From NCBI GenBank assembly GCA_951406725.2, contig OX597816.1:164796001-164860000 (forward strand): a stretch of 64,000 nucleotides of DNA. The letters are read 5' to 3'. Of this stretch, positions 54,098 through 64,000 are shown in pieces. The first letter of the stretch is position 1, and the number at the start of each line of letters is the position of its first letter. Source of the stretch: Octopus vulgaris. Taxonomy: Eukaryota. The notes under the pieces are model-generated. The model was not told where the DNA came from. It did not search any database and was given only the letters and a program-made list of their open reading frames with translations. A program made the position numbers and the translations under genes.

Positions 54098-55621
54098 TTT
54101 TGGGGAGGGGATGTGTCGATTACATCGACCCCAGTGTTCAAGTGGTACTTAATTTATCGACTCCGAAAGCATGAAAAGCAATGTCAACCTCGGCGGAATT
54201 TGAACCCAGAACGTAGCGACGGACGAAATACCGCTAAGCATTTAGCCCAGCGTGCTAACGAGTCTGCCAGCTCGCCGTCTTAAGTAATAATAATAATCCT
54301 TTCTGCTATAGGCACAAGGCCCGAAATTTTGGGGAAGGGACTAATCGATTAAATCGACCCTAGTGTTTCACTGATACTTAATTTATCGACCCCCGAAAGG
54401 ATGAAAGGCAAAGCCGATCTCGGCGGAATTTGCACTCAGAACGTAAAGACAAACGAAATACCGCTAAGCATGTAGTCCGGCATGCTAACGATTCTGCCAG
54501 CTCGCGGCCTTAAATCGGAGACCCCCCTTTGGTCACGAATGACAATGAGATTGCACCTAGAAAGTTACCCTCCCAACCACAAGTCCGGACAAGGAAGACC
54601 AGCAGTCGCCCATGCATACCAGCCTCCCCTCTCCACGCCACCGATGTTATCCAAGGGAAAGGCAAAGGGGCCGATACAGCTTGGCACCAGTGACGTCGCA
54701 ACTCATTTCTACAGCTGAGTGAACTGGAGTAACGTGAAATAAAGTGTCTTGCTCAAAAACACAACACGCAGCCAGGTCCGGGATTCGAACTCACAACCTC
54801 ACGATCGTAAGTTCGACGCCCTAACCACCGAGCCATATGCGCCTTCACCGCCGCCTTAAAATAACCCTAATAATATTGAGTGACCAAAATATAACATGTG
54901 TTTCCGTTCAGCTTTGTTAATAAATCATTTTATTACAGCAAAAAAAAAAAAAAATCGGAGAAAATAATAAGATAATAAAAACAAAAAATAAAAACACCTG
55001 TTAAAACTAATTTAAAAAAAAAATCCTTGAAAATAAATGAAGGAATAAATTTTTTATAAATCCTTAAAATTTACTAATTAATACAACTACGATTTCAGAA
55101 AAAAAAAAACAAAATGTCTCCTGTACTCCCGAACCATTCTTGTGACCTTTACCTTTTCGTTTTCTTTTTCTTAATTTACTAAAAATCGACTAAAATAAAT
55201 TTCCAATTATTTGAAAATTCTATCAGGAATGTTTTCTACTTCACGGATACCTTCGACACCCACTCCTAGTTTAAGTTTAATCGTGCGCAATACAACTACC
55301 AAAATGAGTTCGTCTTCTAAACTGATTTTATTTTTTTTACGTTTTACAATTTTATTTATGATTAATTTTACTGTTTCTTTTTTTCTTTTTCGTTTTTTTT
55401 TTTTATTTTTTTTTTTTAACTTTTCTATGGAAACAATTGATTACATTGTTGTACGGTACTGAAATTAAATTTTGTTGCATGAGTGAAGGTTTAAGCCGTT
55501 GTTTTGAACTTTGCCTAACAATATTGGCGAGTAATTTTGTTCCAAGCAAAAACAAAATAGTAAGAATGTGTTGGCCGTACAGCATATATATATATATATA
55601 TACATGTGTGTGTGTGTGTTG

Positions 55622-55668
<47 letters not shown>

Positions 55669-55682
55669 TGTACGTGAATAGG

Positions 55683-55738
<56 letters not shown>

Positions 55739-55750
55739 TAGATAGATAGG

Positions 55751-55816
<66 letters not shown>

Positions 55817-56280
55817 TGTATGTGTGATTACATTTGTATATGTATGTATATATAGATATGTATATATGTATGAATATATGTGTGTGTACGTGTGTGAGTG
55901 GTTAGGGCAGTTGTCTCGCGGTCGTAGGATCGCGGTTTCTATTCCCAGACCAGGCGTTGTGAGTATTTATGGAGCGAAAACACCTAAAGCTCTACGAGGC
56001 TCCGACAGGGGTGGGGGTTGGCAATTTCTGCTGTACTCTTTCACCACAACTTTCTCTCACTCTTTCTTCCTGTTTCTGTTGTACCTGTAATTCAAAGGGC
56101 CACCCTGTCACACTCTGTTTCACGCTGAATCTCCCCGAGAACTATGTTAAGCGTACACGTGTCTGTGGAGTGCTCAGCCACTTGCACGTTAATTTCATGA
56201 GCAGGCTGTTTCGTTGATCGGATTGATTGGAACCCTTGTAGTCGTAACTGACGGAGTGCCACGATACATGTATATATATA

Positions 56281-56949
56281 TATATATATTCAACAATAAT
56301 ATTAAGGAATGACCCTGACAGGCCGTTCAACTCACTTGAAAAGAGCAGCTAAACTCAAACCGTAAAATAGTAGTAATTCTGAAACTAAAGGAGAAATAAA
56401 AACATTTATCCCCTTCAACTTTGTACCATGCATAGTTTCAACATTTTTACGTAATCGAATTTAATTAAATTAAATTAAATCCGTTTACGATTGGCTTGTC
56501 TCATCAGCAAAGTCGCCAAAGAAAAGGAAAATATATACACACGAGGCAGCACCATGGAAGCCTCGAGTTTATATATCCTAAATTTTCGAAATCCATCGTA
56601 ACCGCGCCATCTACTCAGCAGCAAATATAAACTGCTGCTGCAATTTCAGAATTAGTCAAAAAATCATTAATTAATCAATATAAGGGTAGAAAAAATTCAA
56701 AAAAATTCAAGAAAAATTTTCTGCAACCAGCGGTCAAGTGAGAAAGTAGAAATAGTCACAGACTATATAATATATTCAACAATAATATTAAGGAATGACC
56801 CTGACAGGCCGTTCAACTCACTTGAAAAGAGCAGCTAAACTCAAACCGCAAAATAGTAGTAATTCTGAAACTAAAGGAGAAATAAAAACATTTATCCCCT
56901 TCTTTTCTTGAATTTTTCTTGAATTTTTTTGCTACCCTTATATTGATTA
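56281..56949 (-). mobile_element. Retrozyme-like element: 486-nt monomer, ~130-bp direct repeat, inverted 5' tip, inside (TA)n
   Basis: 56286-56416 is repeated at 56772-56902 (period 486). 56903-56949 is an inverted copy of ~56672-56715. A hammerhead abuts the repeat. Confidence 0.85.
56418..56513 (-). ncRNA. Type I hammerhead ribozyme (canonical core, extended stem II)
   Basis: Minus strand: ACTTTG-CTGATGA-GACA..CGTAAACGGATTTAATT..AATTAAATTCGATTACG..TGTT-GAAA-CTATGCATGG-TA-CAAAGT. Perfect stem I, near-palindromic stem III, GUA triplet. Confidence 0.9.
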
Positions 56950-56999
56950 TATATATATATATATATATACGAGAAAGAAGCAACAAGAATGGATTAGTT

Positions 57000-57285
57000 T
57001 TTAGCACAAATTAGTGGATTAGATTCTGATGAAACTTGACACACACATAGCCCAATGTCATAATTCAAAACTAACGCAGCGAAAATTTTGAAAAGTTCCC
57101 CAGTTCTGAAAAATCGATAAATTCGACATGGGGTTTAGGGGACGCAACTCCACCTTTTTTAACTATCAAAAAAAAAAATTTACCATCATTTTTTCCCATT
57201 TTTTGCTATTTTTTGGCTATAACTCTCTAAAAATGCTTTATAGTTATTTCCCTTACAAACCTGAGCAACGCCGGGCGATATGCTA

Positions 57286-57286
<1 letters not shown>
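57000..57286 (+). mobile_element. Non-autonomous Helitron 3' end
   Basis: Subterminal GC hairpin CCTGAGCAACGCCGGG (57260-57275), then CTAG followed by T. Confidence 0.7.
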
Positions 57287-57336
<50 letters not shown>

Positions 57337-57439
57337 AGAGAGAGAGAGATATGTGTATATATAATTTTGTTTATTATATGTAGGGAATTAAATATGTGAG
57401 CTAGCATGATATCCCCTACCTCCCCTCCTTCTTGAGGAG

Positions 57440-58578
57440 CTTGCTGCCAACTTGTACAATGTTGCTCACTTCACTTTTCAAACAGGTGCTGCCTAAGTGA
57501 TACCATACGGCATTCGAAGGCCGTCTGCACTGATCTCAGGTCTCTACCACCTTCATTTCTTCTTAGGTAGAACCTGTCAACATCACTGTTCCTGTGGAAT
57601 TTCCCAGTTGTTGTCAGGATTTTTCGGGTTTCGATATCTATCGAGTGGATTTCCTCTACAGACCAATCAAGTATCTCAAATGTTAGGATCGGCACTAGTG
57701 CTGCTAATGCATTGTGGGATATTGTTTTGTAAGAAGCGAGTTCCGATTGCCATATTTTCCTAAGTCTGGTGCAATATTCTCAGGTCACTCTAAATTTATT
57801 CACAGTGCTTCATATGATACATTTTTGTCTATGCCTAGGTACTTGTAACATTCTTTGTGTGGAATGGGGGATATAGAGAGACCATTCATGCACATGTTTT
57901 AGATTTGGGGGACTGACTTTCCTCGTTCTATAACTACATATGAACTTTTCTTTTGGCCAAATTCCATGCCAAGATCAGCTGAAAATGTTGTTATTAATTC
58001 CAGTTGATTTTTGGCATTGTTAACACTTTTAGCATAAATCTTGAGGTCGTCTACAAATGAATTATGAGTTTCATTGATATTTTTGGCAGTTGAAGATCCT
58101 AGCATGTAACCATTTGTTTTCTGCAGTAGGAACGATAATGGGTTCAGTGCCAAAATGAAAAGAAGTACAGAAAGACTATCTCCCGGGAATATTCCCCTTA
58201 AGATGCTTATACTATCTGAAACAATTCTGTTCTCAGTTTGAAGGGTGAGAACTGTTTTCCATGTCTTTGTAAGTCTCTCTACAGCAGCAATTAGGATCGT
58301 AGGTGCTTTTGCCAGGTGTGGGCACTTCAACAGCTATGAATGAGGGAATAGAGTCGAATGCCTTCTTACAGTCAAGCCATACTGTCACAATGTTTCTACG
58401 CTGCTTTCTTACTTCAGACAGTACAGCTTTGTTTATTAAAAGTTGTTCAGCACATCCCCACAATCCCTTCTTCCCACCAGTCTGTTCATCAGTCACAATG
58501 TTGCTTGACTCATAATGGTCCTGGAGGAATTGGTTGAGACAGCTTGTGTACAGTTTGTACATAATCTTTAGGCAAACA

Positions 58579-58580
<2 letters not shown>
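57440..58580 (-). pseudogene. R4/Dong-clade reverse transcriptase, frameshifted
   Basis: EQTGGKKGLWGCAEQLLINKAV..WLDCKKAFDSIP; RGIFPGDSLSVLLFILALNPLS; FVDDLKIYA; GMEFGQKK; RFYLRRNEGGRDL. Confidence 0.92.
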
Positions 58581-58609
<29 letters not shown>

Positions 58610-58713
58610 CATTTATGTATGTATGTATATTAATCAATGAAATTCCAACTTAGTCCGATTTTCACGCTTTATTATTTACTATTTTTTAAATTCTACAATT
58701 TTACAATTTTGAA

Positions 58714-58755
58714 ATAAACTAGTACTTTCACGCGTGACGCAATCGTCAGGTTTAT
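58714..58755 (-). ncRNA. Minimal type I hammerhead ribozyme
   Basis: Minus strand: ATAAAC-CTGACGA-T TGCG TCA CGCG T-GAAA-GTAC-TA-GTTTAT. Perfect 6-bp stem I, palindromic AGTACT stem III, CUA triplet. AATAAA lies ~40 nt downstream, then a (TACA)n tract. Confidence 0.82.
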
Positions 58756-59058
58756 GTAGTGAAAGTCGTGCTCCACAATTGACAACTGTGTGTGTGTGTG
58801 AGTGTGTATATATATATGTATATAAATATAATTCTTTTATTCTTTATTTGTTTCACTCATTTGACTGCGACCATGCTGGAGCACCGCCTTTAGACGAAGA
58901 AATCGACTCCAAGACTTATTATTTGCAAGCCTAGTATTTATTCTAACGGACCCTTTTGCCGAACCTCAAACTTACGGGGACGTAAACACAATGATATCAG
59001 TTGTCAGATGACAGTAGTCTTACAAACACAGACACAATATATTTATACACACACACAC

Positions 59059-59137
<79 letters not shown>

Positions 59138-59255
59138 GAAAAATACTAACTGGGACAAGAACGTAAAACATTTAGAAGACGATACAAAAAACACGGACGG
59201 GACATTCGAAGCCTTCAATCTTCAGTCAAGAACCGGATCATCCTAGCAATTTCGG

Positions 59256-59297
<42 letters not shown>

Positions 59298-59322
59298 CAT
59301 ACATACATACATACATACATAC

Positions 59323-59377
<55 letters not shown>

Positions 59378-59502
59378 AAATCTCCAAAATTTTCGTGTAG
59401 TATAAGGAGAATGAGGATGGAGACAGATTGAGAGAACGGAATCTGCAAGGAAAATTCGGGCGTTGGAAAAATCGATATCCAGAGATGTCTGTGCATGTGC
59501 CG

Positions 59503-59567
<65 letters not shown>

Positions 59568-59580
59568 TGTGTCTGTGTGT

Positions 59581-59623
<43 letters not shown>

Positions 59624-60731
59624 AAGGAGACTGTGAAGAAGTGATAGAGTGAAAGATATTGTCAGGCCAAAAGAATTTCAAGAAAAGAAAAAAATACGAT
59701 ATCGAGAGTCCGTTATATGATAAATCATCCGGATCGCAATTTTGTTGTTATTCATCCAACGAAGAATTTGAGCAAGATCCAGACAGGGATGATGAGCAAA
59801 TTTAAAAAATACGCGAAGTAAAACAACAAATACAAATGCCTCTCTTTATATCTGAATATATATATGTATATATATATATATGTATGTATATATGTGTGAA
59901 TATGTGTGTATGTGTGTATGTGTGTGTGTGTGTGTGTGTGTGAAGGGGCATGGCTCAGTGGTTAGAGCGTCGAGCTTACGATCGTGAGGTTGTGAGCTCG
60001 AATCCCGGACCGGGCTGCGTGTTGTGTTCTTGAGCAAGACACTTTATTTCACGTTGTTCCAGTTCACTCAGCTGTAGAAATGAGTTGCGACGTCACTGGT
60101 GGTGCCAAGCTGTATCGGCTGTTGCCTTTCCCTTGGATAACACTGGTGGCGTTTTGAGTGGATTTGGCAGACAGAAACTGAAAGAAGCCCGTCATATGTG
60201 TGTGTATGTATGTTTGTGTGTCTGACTTTCTCCTATCAACATCGCTTGACAACCGATGCTGGTATGTTTACGTCCCCGTAACTTAGCGGACCAGCAAAAA
60301 AACCGATAGAATAAGTACTAGGCTTACAAATAATAAGTCACGGGGTCGATTTGTTTGGCCAAATGCGATGCTCCTGCATGGCCGCAGTCAAATGTCTGAA
60401 ACACGTACAAGAATATATATACGACGGGCTTCTTGAAGTTGCCGTCTACGAAATCCGCTCACAGGGCTTGGCCGGCCAGAAATAATGGTAGAAGACACTT
60501 ACCCAAAGTGACACACAGTGGCGTTGAGTTTGGAACCATGTGATTGTTAGACAAGTTTCTTACTAGAGAGCCACGCCTTCGCCAAAAGACACAAGGGTGT
60601 CAAGAATTCATTTATGTTCTACTCTAAATTTACGATCTCTGAGCACCACTGTGTGTGTGCGTGTGTACATGTGTGTGTATATATGTATATATATATAATG
60701 TATATATATATATATATATATATGTATACAT

Positions 60732-60770
<39 letters not shown>

Positions 60771-60847
60771 CGCACATACATATACATACACACGCATCTC
60801 TATATATATATATGTATATGTATATATATCTATATCTATTTATCTCG

Positions 60848-60904
<57 letters not shown>

Positions 60905-60919
60905 ATGTATATATATATT

Positions 60920-60970
<51 letters not shown>

Positions 60971-60976
60971 ATATAT

Positions 60977-61009
<33 letters not shown>

Positions 61010-61011
61010 GT

Positions 61012-61045
<34 letters not shown>

Positions 61046-61131
61046 GAGATAGAGAGAGAAAGAGAGGAGAGAGGAGGGAGAGGAGAGAGAGTTATATTTT
61101 TGAATATCTATATGTAACTCTGTGTGTGAGC

Positions 61132-61181
<50 letters not shown>

Positions 61182-61329
61182 GTGTGTGTTCATCTCTTGC
61201 TGCACTCATTCCTTCCTTCATTCCTTTCTTCATTTATTCATCCGCTCCTTCCTTCCTTCCTTCCTTCCTTCCTTCCTTCCTTCCTTCAAACATTGATCGA
61301 GCAACCTTAAAGAAATCTTTATTACATTG

Positions 61330-61870
61330 GCACGTGTTATGCACGGCGCGAAACGGAGGCTGGCGACGACGAGGGGGCGAGGGGCGAGCGAGCGTGCGTG
61401 CGGCAGCGACGTGAACGATTCGATGATGACGTTCATTATTGAAGTTGTTGCTGCTGCTGCTTCTGCTGTTGTAGTTGTTGTTGTTGTTGTTGTTTTGTTC
61501 ATTCAGCCATGTGTGAAGTTATGCTATCTCTTCTGTTGTTAAGCTTTCACCTAAACAACCCCAGCCAAACACGTAACCAGGCAGCAGCCGCCGCCTCCCA
61601 CAACCACAACCACAACCGAAAAACCATCATCTCCATCGCCGTTCCTCAAACGTTCGTTGCCGTTTTTAAAGAGGAATCTTGGCAGAGCGAAAAGGCGGAT
61701 AGAAAAAAAAAATGTGATTATTGCGTTATTATAGTGAGTGGGGGTGGGGGAGGCGGCGGCGGCGGCGGCGAGGTGTGTAGAGCGCGGCAGAGAGCTGCGG
61801 CGTAGCGTGGCGTAATGCGGTGTTGTGGTGTGACGTAGTGCGGCGCAGTTTATCGAGAGAGCAGCGGAGT
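61330..61870. promoter_or_regulatory. CpG-rich unique region, possible promoter/5' UTR
   Basis: Dense CpG and (GGC)n, a TGACGT motif at ~61830, in an otherwise AT-rich window; no family repeat similarity was seen. Confidence 0.4.
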
Positions 61871-61925
61871 GAGAAGTGGGTGGACAGATGCCAAAACGAT
61901 GAGGAATAACACAAACGGTAATGTC

Positions 61926-61926
<1 letters not shown>

Positions 61927-61960
<34 letters not shown>

Positions 61961-62007
61961 TGATGATGATGATGATAATGATAATAATAATGATGATGAT
62001 GATGATG

Positions 62008-62084
<77 letters not shown>

Positions 62085-62092
62085 AATAATAA

Positions 62093-62123
<31 letters not shown>

Positions 62124-62580
62124 AAAGAAGAAGAAGAAGAAGAAGAAGAAGAAGAAGAAGAAGAAGAAGAAGAAGAAGAAGAAGAAGAAGAAGAAGAAGA
62201 AGAAGAAGAAGAAGAAGAAGAAGAAGAAGAAGAAGAAGAAGAAGAAGAAGAAGAAGACGAAGAAGAAGAAGAAGAAGAAGAAGAAGAAGAAGAAGAAGAA
62301 GAAGAAGAAAGAAGAAGAAGAAGAAGAAGAAGAAGAAGAAGAAGAAGAAGAAGAAGAAGAAGAAGAAGAAGAAGAAGAAGAAGAAGAAGAAGAAGAAGAA
62401 GAAGAAGAAGAAGAAGAAGAAGAAGAAGAGGAGGGGGGGAAGAAGAAGAAGAAGATGATGGTGGTGAAGAAGAAGATGAATGGTGGTGGCTATGATGGTG
62501 GTGGTGGTGATGATGGTGGTGGTGGTGGTGATGGTAGTGGTGGTGATGGTGGTGGTGGTGGTGGTGGTGGTAGTGGTGAT
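61927..62580. repeat. Compound triplet array (AAT)-(GAT)-(GAA)n-(GGT)
   Basis: Direct inspection; it explains the poly-N/D/E/K/R/S/L ORFs. Confidence 0.95.
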
Positions 62581-63013
62581 AAGACTGAAGCTTCTTTCTT
62601 AATGCAGAGACAAGGTCGAGAGAGTTTTGAGAGAGAGGTAGAGGGGGAACGAACAAATCGTTCCAATCGTCTCTGATACTTGACTGGTACTATTTTATCG
62701 ACCCCCGGAAGGATGAAAATAAGCAAACGTTGACCTTGGCAGGTTTTGAACTCAGGATATAAACATACGCAAACAAATATAGTGTGGTATTCAATTTGTT
62801 GCTCTAATATCTCTGCTTTTAGTCGGTCTTTCCGAATGTCGGTTATGTTAATCAAAGGAAAAAAATGGTACACATAGACGCTTGCTTAACAACAACATGG
62901 TTCCGGGTTCAGTCCCACTGCGTGTACCTTGGGAAAGTATCTTCTACTATATTCTCGGGCTGACCAAAGCGTTGTCAGTGGATTTCTTACAGGAAAACTG
63001 AGAGAAGCCCGTA

Positions 63014-63047
<34 letters not shown>

Positions 63048-63256
63048 GTTTAAATATTTGTTGTGCAAGATTTTTTATGTGAAGTCGTGTGTTGAAACAA
63101 AGGACCATTGATGCGGTCACAGGAGTGTGACGAAAGAACTTTGGCCGAAATAAGATTAAGATTAATGTAAAAAATAAATATCACTGAAGCAAAATAACAC
63201 CAAATATATAGTGCGTGTGTTTTTATTGGCTAAACTGGCAATATGACCATTCCGAA

Positions 63257-63333
<77 letters not shown>

Positions 63334-63593
63334 ACAATTTAATAAATAAAACATACGCATACATACATTCATACATATATGTACAAACCTACATCTATAT
63401 GTATATATACACGTATATATGAGTACAGGACACCACAAATAAACGTAGAATATAACGAGAAACGAAAACATAGAAGCAAAACAAGGAAACAGACTTTTTT
63501 TAACAACGAAAAAACAGAGTACAAGACAAACAACAGAGGGAACATTCCCTTCTTCAGCTGCCCCTGTTTCAACTCATTGCGTGTTCCGAAGGT

Positions 63594-63935
63594 AGGAGTG
63601 GCTGTGTGGTAAGTACCTTGCTTACCAATATGGTTCCGGGTTCAGTCCCACTGAGTGGCACCTTGAGCAAGTATTTTCTACTATAGCCTCGGGCCGACCA
63701 AAGTCTTGTGAGTGGATTTGGTAGACGGAAACTGAAAAAGCCTATCGTATGTATATATATACATACATATATAGGCGCAGGCGTGGCTGTGTGGTAAGTA
63801 TCTTGCTCACCAACTACATGGTTCCGGGTTCAGTCCTACTGCTTGATACCTTAGGCAAGTGTCTTCTTCAATAGCCTCAGGCCGACCAAAGCCTTGTGAG
63901 TGGATTTGGTAGACGGAAACTGAAAGAAGCCCGTC
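63594..63935 (+). mobile_element. Two tandem family A SINE heads (63594-63750, 63773-63935)
   Basis: Family motifs; the second runs into (TG)n at the window edge. Confidence 0.85.
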
Positions 63936-63941
63936 ATGTGT

Positions 63942-64000
<59 letters not shown>

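Noticed and set aside
61850-62676. 200-270 aa low-complexity ORFs
   Set aside because: They come from a compound triplet microsatellite that is open in several frames on both strands.
63102-63146. HHR-like GGACCA-TTGATGC-GGTCAC..GTGAC-GAAA-GAAC-TT-TGGCC
   Set aside because: Two core mismatches and imperfect stems I and III; counted only as a possible relic.
63530-63575. CTGAAGA-AGGGAA/TTCCCT hairpin on the minus strand
   Set aside because: No GAAA follows stem II.

Overview
Eukaryotic, AT-rich, microsatellite-saturated, gene-poor DNA. The SINE repertoire and repeat content point to a cephalopod (Octopus) genome; this is inference, not a database match. No intact host protein-coding gene is supportable, and almost all ORFs in the track are microsatellite or SINE read-throughs. 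Solid features are three tandem tRNA-Leu(TAA) genes, with the middle one apparently a crossover hybrid, and at least four tRNA-derived SINE families. There are also remnants of R4/Dong-, L1/Tx1- and Penelope-like retroelements, Tc1/mariner fragments, a Helitron 3' end and a 44-bp minisatellite with higher-order structure. The most striking signal is a population of small non-coding elements in (TA)n/(TATG)n microsatellites that carry type I hammerhead ribozyme (HHR) folds, at 22.9/23.3, 25.6, 44.1, 56.5 and 58.7 kb, plus degenerate or variant copies. Two show tandem monomers (361 and 486 nt) and inverted 5' ends that begin at or near the predicted cleavage site. This is retrozyme/Penelope pseudo-LTR architecture, and decayed Penelope RT and GIY-YIG coding sequence lies in the same window. 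All ribozyme calls come from manual base-pairing and none has been tested.
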